From Auanema rhodensis (taxonomy: Eukaryota > Animalia > Nematoda), in NCBI GenBank assembly GCA_964057225.1, contig OZ059900.1, positions 26,040,001 through 26,104,000 on the forward strand: a stretch of 64,000 bases of DNA, read 5' to 3'. A program made the translations under genes and the position numbers. The notes beneath the pieces are model-generated. The model had not been told where the DNA came from. It made no database searches and was given only the letters and a program-made list of their open reading frames with translations. This document shows positions 13,101 through 26,700 of the stretch, piece by piece. Within the stretch, counting starts at the first letter, position 1; each line of letters begins with the position of its first letter.

Positions 13101-16100
13101 AAATGCTTCATTTTAGTATGTAACACGCTGAAATTCGTTGCATTTGACGACTCATATGAACAAAAATCGATTTTATCAATATTAGCCATAAGGGGCGTGC
13201 CCTCAGAATATGCTAATTTCCTTAATTTTCTAACCCCTGTTTTTTTGTCGTGAAAGTGGAACTAGACGTTGTACGAACAGTTTTGAGCTAGGTTTCATTG
13301 ACATTGCATGAGTTTGAACACATGAAATCGTAAGTCAAAACCTTGTTTACAGCGAAATTTCCAAAAACTGGTTTTCCAGCATAATAAAATATTTCTCATG
13401 GGAAATACTGTGTTTTTGTATTTTTTCAGTGTTCAGCATGTAAAATGCTTCATTTTAGTATGTAACACGCTGAAATTCGTTGCATTTGACGACTCATATG
13501 AACAAAAATCGATTTAATCAATATTAGCCATAAGGGGCGTGCCCTCAGAATATGCTAATTTCCTTAATTTTCTAACCCCTGTTTTTTTGTCGTGAAAGTG
13601 GAACTAGACGTTGTACGAACAATTTTGAGCTAAGTTTCATTGACATTGCATGAGTTTGAACACATGAAATCGTAAGTCAAAACCTTGTTTACAGCGAAAT
13701 TTCCAAAAACTGGTTTTCCAGCATAATAAAATATTTCTCATGAGAAATACTGTGTTTTTGTATTTTTTTAATGTTCAGCATGTAAAATGCTTCATTTTGA
13801 TATGTAAAACGCTGAAATTCGTTGCATTTGACGATTCATATGAACAAAAATCGATTTTATCAATATTAGCCATAAGGGGCGTGCCCTCAGAATATGCTAA
13901 TTTCCTTAATTTTCTAACCCCTGTTTTTTTGTCGTGAAAGTGGAACTAGACGTTGTACGAACAATTTTGAGCTAGGTTTCATTGACATTGCATGAGTTTG
14001 AACACATGAAATCGTAAGTCAAAACCTTGTTTACAGCGAAATTTCCAAAAACTGGTTTTCCAGCATAATAAAATATTTCTCATGAGAAATACTGTGTTTT
14101 TGTATTTTTTTAATGTTCAGCATGTAAAATGCTTTATTTTAATATGTAACACGCTGAAATTCGTTGCATTTGACGACTCATATGAACAAAAATCGATTTA
14201 ATCAATATTAGCCATAAGGGGCGTGCCCTCAGAATATGCTAATTTCCTTAATTTTCTAACCCCTGTTTTTTTGTCGTGAAAGTGGAACTAGACGTTGTAC
14301 GAACAATTTTGAGCTAGGTTTCATTGACATTGCATGAGTTTGAACACATGAAATCGTAAGTCAAAACCTTGTTTACAGCGAAATTTCCAAAAACTGGTTT
14401 TCCAGCATAATAAAATATTTCTCATGGGAAATACTGTGTTTTTGTATTTTTTTAGTGTTCAGCATGTAAAATGCGTCATTTTAGTATGTAAAACGCTGAA
14501 ATTCGTTGCATTTGACGACTCATATGAACAAAAATCGATTTTATCAATATTAGCCATAAGGGGCGTGCCCTCAGAATATGCTAATTTCCTTAATTTTCTA
14601 ACCCCTGTTTTTTTGTCGTGAAAGTGGAACTAGACGTTGTACGAACAATTTTGAGCTAAGTTTCATTGACATTGCATGAGTTTGAACACATGAAATCGTA
14701 AGTCAAAACCTTGTTTACAGCGAAATTTCCAAAAACTGGTTTTCCAGCATAATAAAATATTTCTCATGAGAAATACTGTGTTTTTGTATTTTTTTAATGT
14801 TCAGCATGTAAAATGCTTCATTTTGATATGTAAAACGCTGAAATTCGTTGCATTTGACGACTCATATGAACAAAAATCGATTTTATCAATATTAGCCATA
14901 AGGGGCGTGCCCTCAGAATATGCTAATTTCCTTAATTTTCTAACCCCTGTTTTTTTGTCGTGAAAGTGGAACTAGACGTTGTACGAACAATTTTGAGCTA
15001 GGTTTCATTGACATTGCATGAGTTTGAACACATGAAATCGTAAGTCAAAACCTTGTTTACAGCGAAATTTCCAAAAACTGGTTTTCCAGCATAATACAAT
15101 ATTTCTCATGGGAAATACTGTGTTTTTATATTTTTCTAGTGTTCAGCATGTAAAATGCTTCATTTTAGTATGTAACACGCTGAAATTCGTTGCATTTGAC
15201 GACTCATATGAACAAAAATCGATTTTATCAATATTAGCCATAAGGGGCGTGCCCTCAGAATATGCTAATTTCCTTAATTTTCTAACCCCTGTTTTTTTGT
15301 CGTGAAAGTGGAACTAGACGTTGTACGAACAGTTTTGAGCTAGGTTTCATTGACATTGCATGAGTTTGAACACATGAAATCGTAAGTCAAAACCTTGTTT
15401 ACAGCGAAATTTCCAAAAACTGGTTTTCCAGCATAATAAAATATTTCTCATGGGAAAAACTGTGTTTTTGTATTTTTCTAGTGTTCAGCATGTAAAATGC
15501 TTTATTTTAATATGTAACACGCTGAAATTCGTTGCATTTGACGACTCATATGAACAAAAATCGATTTAATCAATATTAGCCATAAGGGGCGTGCCCTCAG
15601 AATATGCTAATTTCCTTAATTTTCTAACCCCTGTTTTTTTGTCGTGAAAGTGGAACTAGACGTTGTACGAACAATTTTGAGCTATGTTTCATTGACATTG
15701 CATGAGTTTGAACACATGAAATCGTAAGTCAAAACCTTGTTTACAGCGAAATTTCCAAAAACTGGTTTTCCAGCATAATAAAATATTTCTCATGAGAAAT
15801 ACTGTGTTTTTGTATTTTTTTAATGTTCAGCATGTAAAATGCTTTATTTTAATATGTAACACGCTGAAATTCGTTGCATTTGACGACTCATATGAACAAA
15901 AATCGATTTAATCAATATTAGCCATAAGGGGCGTGCCCTCAGAATATGCTAATTTCCTTAATTTTCTAACCCCTGTTTTTTTGTCGTGAAAGTGGAACTA
16001 GACGTTGTACGAACAATTTTGAGCTAGGTTTCATTGACATTGCATGAGTTTGAACACATGAAATCGTAAGTCAAAACCTTGTTTACAGCGAAATTTCCAA

Positions 16101-19100
16101 AAACTGGTTTTCCAGCATAATAAAATATTTCTCATGGGAAATACTGTGTTTTTGTATTTTTTTAGTGTTCAGCATGTAAAATGCGTCATTTTAGTATGTA
16201 AAACGCTGAAATTCGTTGCATTTGACGACTCATATGAACAAAAATCGATTTTATCAATATTAGCCATAAGGGGCGTGCCCTCAGAATATGCTAATTTCCT
16301 TAATTTTCTAACCCCTGTTTTTTTGTCGTGAAAGTGGAACTAGACGTTGTACGAACAATTTTGAGCTAAGTTTCATTGACATTGCATGAGTTTGAACACA
16401 TGAAATCGTAAGTCAAAACCTTGTTTACAGCGAAATTTCCAAAAACTGGTTTTCCAGCATAATAAAATATTTCTCATGAGAAATACTGTGTTTTTGTATT
16501 TTTTTAATGTTCAGCATGTAAAATGCTTCATTTTGATATGTAAAACGCTGAAATTCGTTGCATTTGACGACTCATATGAACAAAAATCGATTTAATCAAT
16601 ATTAGCCATAAGGGGCGTGCCCTCAGAATATGCTAATTTCCTTAATTTTCTAACCCCTGTTTTTTTGTCGTGAAAGTGGAACTAGACGTTGTACGAACAA
16701 TTTTGAGCTAGGTTTCATTGACATTGCATGAGTTTGAACACATGCAATCGTAAGTCAAAACCTTGTTTACAGCGAAATTTCCAAAAACTGGTTTTCCAGC
16801 ATAATAAAATATTTCTCATGGGAAAAACTGTGTTTTTGTATTTTTCTAGTGTTCAGCATGTAAAATGCTTTATTTTAATATGTAACACGCTGAAATTCGT
16901 TGCATTTGACGACTCATATGAACAAAAATCGATTTAATCAATATTAGCCATAAGGGGCGTGCCCTCAGAATATGCTAATTTCCTTAATTTTCTAACCCCT
17001 GTTTTTTTGTCGTGAAAGTGGAACTAGACGTTGTACGAACAATTTTGAGCTAAGTTTCATTGACATTGCATGAGTTTGAACACATGAAATCGTAAGTCAA
17101 AACCTTGTTTACAGCGAAATTTCCAAAAACTGGTTTTCCAGCATAATAAAATATTTCTCATGAGAAATACTGTCTTTTTGTATTTTTTTAATGTTCAGCA
17201 TGTAAAATGCTTCATTTTGATATGTAAAACGCTGAAATTCGTTGCATTTGACGACTCATATGAACAAAAATCGATTTTATCAATATTAGCCATAAGGGGC
17301 GTGCCCTCAGAATATGCTAATTTCCTTAATTTTCTAACCCCTGTTTTTTTGTCGTGAAAGTGGAACTAGACGTTGTACGAACAATTTTGAGCTAGGTTTC
17401 ATTGACATTGCATGAGTTTGAACACATGAAATCGTAAGTCAAAACCTTGTTTACAGCGAAATTTCCAAAAACTGGTTTTCCAGCATAATACAATATTTCT
17501 CATGGGAAATACTGTGTTTTTATATTTTTCTAGTGTTCAGCATGTAAAATGCTTCATTTTAGTATGTAACACGCTGAAATTCGTTGCATTTGACGACTCA
17601 TATGAACAAAAATCGATTTTATCAATATTAGCCATAAGGGGCGTGCCCTCAGAATATGCTAATTTCCTTAATTTTCTAACCCCTGTTTTTTTGTCGTGAA
17701 AGTGGAACTAGACGTTGTACGAACAGTTTTGAGCTAGGTTTCATTGACATTGCATGAGTTTGAACACATGAAATCGTAAGTCAAAACCTTGTTTACAGCG
17801 AAATTTCCAAAAACTGGTTTTCCAGCATAATAAAATATTTCTCATGGGAAATACTGTGTTTTTGTATTTTTTCAGTGTTCAGCATGTAAAATGCTTCATT
17901 TTAGTATGTAACACGCTGAAATTCGTTGCATTTGACGACTCATATGAACAAAAATCGATTTAATCAATATTAGCCATAAGGGGCGTGCCCTCAGAATATG
18001 CTAATTTCCTTAATTTTCTAACCCCTGTTTTTTTGTCGTGAAAGTGGAACTAGACGTTGTACGAACAATTTTGAGCTAGGTTTCATTGACATTGCATGAG
18101 TTTGAACACATGCAATCGTAAGTCAAAACCTTGTTTACAGCGAAATTTCCAAAAACTGGTTTTCCAGCATAATAAAATATTTCTCATGGGAAAAACTGTG
18201 TTTTTGTATTTTTCTAGTGTTCAGCATGTAAAATGCTTTATTTTAATATGTAACACGCTGAAATTCGTTGCATTTGACGACTCATATGAACAAAAATCGA
18301 TTTAATCAATATTAGCCATAAGGGGCGTGCCCTCAGAATATGCTAATTTCCTTAATTTTCTAACCCCTGTTTTTTTGTCGTGAAAGTGGAACTAGACGTT
18401 GTACGAACAATTTTGAGCTAAGTTTCATTGACATTGCATGAGTTTGAACACATGAAATCGTAAGTCAAAACCTTGTTTACAGCGAAATTTCCAAAAACTG
18501 GTTTTCCAGCATAATAAAATATTTCTCATGAGAAATACTGTCTTTTTGTATTTTTTTAATGTTCAGCATGTAAAATGCTTCATTTTGATATGTAAAACGC
18601 TGAAATTCGTTGCATTTGACGACTCATATGAACAAAAATCGATTTTATCAATATTAGCCATAAGGGGCGTGCCCTCAGAATATGCTAATTTCCTTAATTT
18701 TCTAACCCCTGTTTTTTTGTCGTGAAAGTGGAACTAGACGTTGTACGAACAATTTTGAGCTAGGTTTCATTGACATTGCATGAGTTTGAACACATGAAAT
18801 CGTAAGTCAAAACCTTGTTTACAGCGAAATTTCCAAAAACTGGTTTTCCAGCATAATACAATATTTCTCATGGGAAATACTGTGTTTTTATATTTTTCTA
18901 GTGTTCAGCATGTAAAATGCTTCATTTTAGTATGTAACACGCTGAAATTCGTTGCATTTGACGACTCATATGAACAAAAATCGATTTTATCAATATTAGC
19001 CATAAGGGGCGTGCCCTCAGAATATGCTAATTTCCTTAATTTTCTAACCCCTGTTTTTTTGTCGTGAAAGTGGAACTAGACGTTGTACGAACAGTTTTGA

Positions 19101-20470
19101 GCTAGGTTTCATTGACATTGCATGAGTTTGAACACATGAAATCGTAAGTCAAAACCTTGTTTACAGCGAAATTTCCAAAAACTGGTTTTCCAGCATAATA
19201 AAATATTTCTCATGGGAAATACTGTGTTTTTGTATTTTTTCAGTGTTCAGCATGTAAAATGCTTCATTTTAGTATGTAACACGCTGAAATTCGTTGCATT
19301 TGACGACTCATATGAACAAAAATCGATTTAATCAATATTAGCCATAAGGGGCGTGCCCTCAGAATATGCTAATTTCCTTAATTTTCTAACCCCTGTTTTT
19401 TTGTCGTGAAAGTGGAACTAGACGTTGTACGAACAATTTTGAGCTAGGTTTCATTGACATTGCATGAGTTTGAACACATGAAATCGTAAGTCAAAACCTT
19501 GTTTACAGCGAAATTTCCAAAAACTGGTTTTCCAGCATAATAAAATATTTCTCATGGGAAATACTGTGTTTTTGTATTTTTTTAATGTTCAGCATGTAAA
19601 ATGCTTCATTTTGATATGTAAAACGCTGAAATTCGTTGCATTTGACGACTCATATGAACAAAAATCGATTTTATCAATATTAGCCATAAGGGGCGTGCCC
19701 TCAGAATATGCTAATTTCCTTAATTTTCTAACCCCTGTTTTTTTGTCGTGAAAGTGGAACTAGACGTTGTACGAACAATTTTGAGCTAGGTTTCATTGAC
19801 ATTGCATGAGTTTGAACACATGAAATCGTAAGTCAAAACCTTGTTTACAGCGAAATTTCCAAAAACTGGTTTTCCAGCATAATACAATATTTCTCATGGG
19901 AAATACTGTGTTTTTATATTTTTCTAGTGTTCAGCATGTAAAATGCTTCATTTTAGTATGTAACACGCTGAAATTCGTTGCATTTGACGACTCATATGAA
20001 CAAAAATCGATTTTATCAATATTAGCCATAAGGGGCGTGCCCTCAGAATATGCTAATTTCCTTAATTTTCTAACCCCTGTTTTTTTGTCGTGAAAGTGGA
20101 ACTAGACGTTGTACGAACAGTTTTGAGCTAGGTTTCATTGACATTGCATGAGTTTGAACACATGAAATCGTAAGTCAAAACCTTGTTTACAGCGAAATTT
20201 CCAAAAACTGGTTTTCCAGCATAATAAAATATTTCTCATGGGAAATACTGTGTTTTTGTATTTTTTCAGTGTTCAGCATGTAAAATGCTTCATTTTAGTA
20301 TGTAACACGCTGAAATTCGTTGCATTTGACGACTCATATGAACAAAAATCGATTTAATCAATATTAGCCATAAGGGGCGTGCCCTCAGAATATGCTAATT
20401 TCCTTAATTTTCTAACCCCTGTTTTTTTGTCGTGAAAGTGGAACTAGACGTTGTACGAACAATTTTGAGC
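6620..20470 (+). repeat. Tandem duplication of a 20-monomer block, period 6840 bp
   Basis: 13 consecutive ORF-track variants recur at +6840 (6900>13740 through 13056>19896). Rare markers also recur: gctatgtttc at 8845/15685 and tgtcttt at 10334/17174 and 11702/18542. One distinguishing SNP seen (12109 A vs 18949 T). Boundaries are approximate. Confidence 0.92.
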
Positions 20471-20860
20471 TAGGTTTCATTGACATTGCATGAGTTTGAA
20501 CACATGAAATCGTAAGTCAAAACCTTGTTTACAGCGAAATTTCCAAAAACTGGTTTTCCAGCATAATAAAATATTTCTCATGGGAAATACTGTGTTTTTG
20601 TATTTTTTTAGTGTTCAGCATGTAAAATGCGTCATTTTAGTATGTAAAACGCTGAAATTCGTTGCATTTGACGACTCATATGAACAAAAATCGATTTTAT
20701 CAATATTAGCCATAAGGGGCGTGCCCTCAGAATATGCTAATTTCCTTAATTTTCTAACCCCTGTTTTTTTGTCGTGAAAGTGGAACTAGACGTTGTACGA
20801 ACAATTTTGAGCTAGGTTTCATTGACATTGCATGAGTTTGAACACATGAAATCGTAAGTC

Positions 20861-22228
20861 AAAACCTTGTTTACAGCAAAATTTCCAAAAACTGGTTTTC
20901 CAGCATAATAAAATATTTCTCATGGGAAATACAGTGTTTTTGTATTTTTTTAGTGTTCAGCATGTAAAATGCTTTATTTTAATATGTAACACGCTGAAAT
21001 TCGTTGCATTTGACGACTCATATGAACAAAAATCGATTTAATCAATATTAGCCATAAGGGGCGTGCCCTCAGAATATGCTAATTTCCTTAATTTTCTAAC
21101 CCCTGTTTTTTTGTCGTGAAAGTGGAACTAGACGTTGTACGAACAATTTTGAGCTAAGTTTCATTGACATTGCATGAGTTTGAACACATGAAATCGTAAG
21201 TCAAAACCTTGTTTACATCGAAATTTCCAAAAACTGGTTTTCCAGCATAATAAAATATTTCTCATGAGAAATACTGTGTTTTTGTATTTTTTTAATGTTC
21301 AGCATGTAAAATGCTTCATTTTGATATGTAAAACGCTGAAATTCGTTGCATTTGACGACTCATATGAACAAAAATCGATTTTATCAATATTAGCCATAAG
21401 GGGCGTGCCCTCAGAATATGCTAATTTCCTTAATTTTCTAACCCCTGTTTTTTTGTCGTGAAAGTGGAACTAGACGTTGTACGAACAATTTTGAGCTAGG
21501 TTTCATTGACATTGCATGAGTTTGAACACATGAAATCGTAAGTCAAAACCTTGTTTACAGCAAAATTTCCAAAAACTGGTTTTCCAGCATAATAAAATAT
21601 TTCTCATGGGAAATACAGTGTTTTTGTATTTTTTTAGTGTTCAGCATGTAAAATGCTTTATTTTAATATGTAACACGCTGAAATTCGTTGCATTTGACGA
21701 CTCATATGAACAAAAATCGATTTAATCAATATTAGCCATAAGGGGCGTGCCCTCAGAATATGCTAATTTCCTTAATTTTCTAACCCCTGTTTTTTTGTCG
21801 TGAAAGTGGAACTAGACGTTGTACGAACAATTTTGAGCTAAGTTTCATTGACATTGCATGAGTTTGAACACATGAAATCGTAAGTCAAAACCTTGTTTAC
21901 ATCGAAATTTCCAAAAACTGGTTTTCCAGCATAATAAAATATTTCTCATGAGAAATACTGTGTTTTTGTATTTTTTTAATGTTCAGCATGTAAAATGCTT
22001 CATTTTGATATGTAAAACGCTGAAATTCGTTGCATTTGACGACTCATATGAACAAAAATCGATTTTATCAATATTAGCCATAAGGGGCGTGCCCTCAGAA
22101 TATGCTAATTTCCTTAATTTTCTAACCCCTGTTTTTTTGTCGTGAAAGTGGAACTAGACGTTGTACGAACAATTTTGAGCTAAGTTTCATTGACATTGCA
22201 TGAGTTTGAACACATGAAATCGTAAGTC
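20861..22228 (+). repeat. 2-monomer duplication (G/E chimera + A with acatcg), period 684 bp; repeated at 32491-33858
   Basis: The tttacatcg marker occurs at 21218 and 21902. The agcaaa..acagtg..tttatt monomer occurs at 20861 and 21545. Confidence 0.85.
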
Positions 22229-23702
22229 AAAACCTTGTTTACAGCGAAATTTCCAAAAACTGGTTTTCCAGCATAATACAATATTTCTCATGGGAAATAC
22301 TGTGTTTTTATATTTTTCTAGTGTTCAGCATGTAAAATGCTTCATTTTAGTATGTAACACGCTGAAATTCGTTGCATTTGACGACTCATATGAACAAAAA
22401 TTGATTTAATCAATATTAGCCATAAGGGGCGTGCCCTCAGAATATGCTAATTTCCTTAATTTTCTAACCCCTGTTTTTTTGTCGTGAAAGTGGAACTAGA
22501 CGTTGTACGAACAATTTTGAGCTAGGTTTCATTGACATTGCATGAGTTTGAACACATGCAATCGTAAGTCAAAACCTTGTTTACAGCGAAATTTCCAAAA
22601 ACTGGTTTTCCAGCATAATAAAATATTTCTCATGGGAAAAACTGTGTTTTTGTATTTTTCTAGTGTTCAGCATGTAAAATGCTTTATTTTAATATGTAAC
22701 ACGCTGAAATTCGTTGCATTTGACGACTCATATGAACAAAAATCGATTTAATCAATATTAGCCATAAGGGGCGTGCCCTCAGAATATGCTAATTTCCTTA
22801 ATTTTCTAACCCCTGTTTTTTTGTCGTGAAAGTGGAACTAGACGTTGTACGAACAATTTTGAGCTAAGTTTCATTGACATTGCATGAGTTTGAACACATG
22901 AAATCGTAAGTCAAAACCTTGTTTACAGCGAAATTTCCAAAAACTGGTTTTCCAGCATAATAAAATATTTCTCATGAGAAATACTGTGTTTTTGTATTTT
23001 TTTAATGTTCAGCATGTAAAATGCTTCATTTTGATATGTAAAACGCTGAAATTCGTTGCATTTGACGACTCATATGAACAAAAATCGATTTTATCAATAT
23101 TAGCCATAAGGGGCGTGCCCTCAGAATATGCTAATTTCCTTAATTTTCTAACCCCTGTTTTTTTGTCGTGAAAGTGGAACTAGACGTTGTACGAACAATT
23201 TTGAGCTAGGTTTCATTGACATTGCATGAGTTTGAACACATGAAATCGTAAGTCAAAACCTTGTTTACAGCGAAATTTCCAAAAACTGGTTTTCCAGCAT
23301 AATACAATATTTCTCATGGGAAATACTGTGTTTTTATATTTTTCTAGTGTTCAGCATGTAAAATGCTTCATTTTAGTATGTAACACGCTGAAATTCGTTG
23401 CATTTGACGACTCATATGAACAAAAATCGATTTTATCAATATTAGCCATAAGGGGCGTGCCCTCAGAATATGCTAATTTCCTTAATTTTCTAACCCCTGT
23501 TTTTTTGTCGTGAAAGTGGAACTAGACGTTGTACGAACAATTTTGAGCTAGGTTTCATTGACATTGCATGAGTTTGAACACATGAAATCGTAAGTCAAAA
23601 CCTTGTTTACAGCGAAATTTCCAAAAACTGGTTTTCCAGCATAATAAAATATTTCTCATGGGAAATACTGTGTTTTTGTATTTTTTTAGTGTTCAGCATG
23701 TG

Positions 23703-26700
23703 AAATGCGTCATTTTAGTATGTAAAACGCTGAAATTCGTTGCATTTGACGACTCATATGAACAAAAATCGATTTTATCAATATTAGCCATAAGGGGCGT
23801 GCCCTCAGAATATGCTAATTTCCTTAATTTTCTAACCCCTGTTTTTTTGTCGTGAAAGTGGAACTAGACGTTGTACGAACAATTTTGAGCTAGGTTTCAT
23901 TGACATTGCATGAGTTTGAACACATGAAATCGTAAGTCAAAACCTTGTTTACAGCGAAATTTCCAAAAACTGGTTTTCCAGCATAATAAAATATTTCTCA
24001 AGGGAAAAACTGTGTTTTCATATTTTTCAAGTGTTCAGCATGTAAAATGCTTCATTTTAGTATGTAACACGCTGAAATTCCTTGCATTTGACGACTCATA
24101 TGAACAAAAATCGATTTAATCAATATTAGCCATAAGGGGGCGTGCCCTCAGAATTTGCTAATTTCCTTAATTTTCTAACCCCTGTTTTTTTGTCGTGAAA
24201 GTGGAACTAGACGTTGTACGAACAATTTTGAGCTAGGTTTCATTGACATTGCATGAGTTAGAACACATGAAATCGTAAGTCAAAACCTTGTTTACAGCGA
24301 AATTTCCAAAAACTGGTTTTCCAGCATAATAAAATATTTCTCATGGGAAATACTGTGTTTTTGTATTTTTCTAGTGTTCAGCATGTAAAATGCTTCATTT
24401 TAGTATGTAACACGCTGAAATTTGTTGCATTTGACGACTCATATGAACAAAAATCGATTTAATCAATATTAGCCATAAGGGGCGTGCCCTCAGAATATGC
24501 TAATTTCCTTAATTTTCTAACCCCTGTTTTTTTGTCGTGAAAGTGGAACTAGACGTTGTACGAACAATTTTGAGCTAGGTTTTATTGACATTGCATGAGT
24601 TTGAACATATGAAATCGTAAGTCAAAACCTTGTTTACAGCGAAATTTCCAAAAACTGGTTTTCCAGCATAATAAAATATTTCTCATGGGAAATACTGTGT
24701 TTTTGTATTTTTTTAGTGTTCAGCATGTAAAATGCGTCATTTTAGTATGTAAAACGCTGAAATTCGTTGCATTTGACGACTCATATGAACAAAAATCGAT
24801 TTTATCAATATTAGCCATAAGGGGCGTGCCCTCAGAATATGCTAATTTCCTTAATTTTCTAACCCCTGTTTTTTTGTCGTGAAAGTGGAACTAGACGTTG
24901 TACGAACAATTTTGAGCTAGGTTTCATTGACATTGCATGAGTTTGAACACATGAAATCGTAAGTCAAAACCTTGTTTACAGCAAAATTTCCAAAAACTGG
25001 TTTTCCAGCATAATATAATATTTCTCATGGGAAATACAGTGTTTTTGTATTTTTTTAGTGTTCAGCATGTAAAATGCGTCATTTTAGTATGTGAAACGCT
25101 GAAATTCGTTGCATTTGACGACTCATATGAACAAAAATCGATTTTATCAATATTAGCCATAAGGGGCGTGCCCTCAGAATATGCTAATTTCCTTAATTTT
25201 CTAACCCCTGTTTTTTTGTCGTGAAAGTGGAACTAGACGTTGTACGAACAATTTTGAGCTAGGTTTCATTGACATTGCATGAGTTTGAACACATGAAATC
25301 GTAAGTCAAAACCTTGTTTACAGCAAAATTTCCAAAAACTGGTTTTCCAGCATAATATAATATTTCTCATGGGAAATACAGTGTTTTTGTATTTTTTTAG
25401 TGTTCAGCATGTAAAATGCGTCATTTTAGTATGTAAAACGCTGAAATTCGTTGCATTTGACGACTCATATGAACAAAAATCGATTTTATCAATATTAGCC
25501 ATAAGGGGCGTGCCCTCAGAATATGCTAATTTCCTTAATTTTCTAACCCCTGTTTTTTTGTCGTGAAAGTGGAACTAGACGTTGTACGAACAATTTTGAG
25601 CTAGGTTTTATTGACATTGCATGAGTTTGAACACATGAAATCGTAAGTCAAAACCTTGTTTACAGCGAAATTTCCAAAAACTGGTTTTCCAGCATAATAA
25701 AATATTTCTCATGGGAAATACTGTGTTTTTGTATTTTTTTAGTGTTCAGCATGTAAAATGCGTCATTTTAGAATGTAAAACGCTGAAATTCGTTGCATTT
25801 GACGACTCATATGAACAAAAATCGATTTTATCAATATTAGCCATAAGGGGCGTGCCCTCAGAATATGCTAATTTCCTTAATTTTCTAACCCCTGTTTTTT
25901 TGTCGTGAAAGTGGAACTAGACGTTGTACGAACAATTTTGAGCTAGGTTTCATTGACATTGCATGAGTTTGAACACATGAAATCGTAAGTCAAAACCTTG
26001 TTTACAGCGAAATTTCCAAAAACTGGTTTTCCAGCATAATAAAATATTTCTCAAGGGAAAAACTGTGTTTTCATATTTTTCAAGTGTTCAGCATGTAAAA
26101 TGCTTCATTTTAGTATGTAACACGCTGAAATTCCTTGCATTTGACGACTCATATGAACAAAAATCGATTTAATCAATATTAGCCATAAGGGGCGTGCCCT
26201 CAGAATTTGCTAATTTCCTTAATTTTCTAACCCCTGTTTTTTTGTCGTGAAAGTGGAACTAGACGTTGTACGAACAATTTTGAGCTAGGTTTCATTGACA
26301 TTGCATGAGTTAGAACACATGAAATCGTAAGTCAAAACCTTGTTTACAGCGAAATTTCCAAAAACTGGTTTTCCAGCATAATAAAATATTTCTCATGGGA
26401 AATACTGTGTTTTTGTATTTTTCTAGTGTTCAGCATGTAAAATGCTTCATTTTAGTATGTAACACGCTGAAATTTGTTGCATTTGACGACTCATATGAAC
26501 AAAAATCGATTTAATCAATATTAGCCATAAGGGGCGTGCCCTCAGAATATGCTAATTTCCTTAATTTTCTAACCCCTGTTTTTTTGTCGTGAAAGTGGAA
26601 CTAGACGTTGTACGAACAATTTTGAGCTAGGTTTTATTGACATTGCATGAGTTTGAACACATGAAATCGTAAGTCAAAACCTTGTTTACAGCGAAATTTC

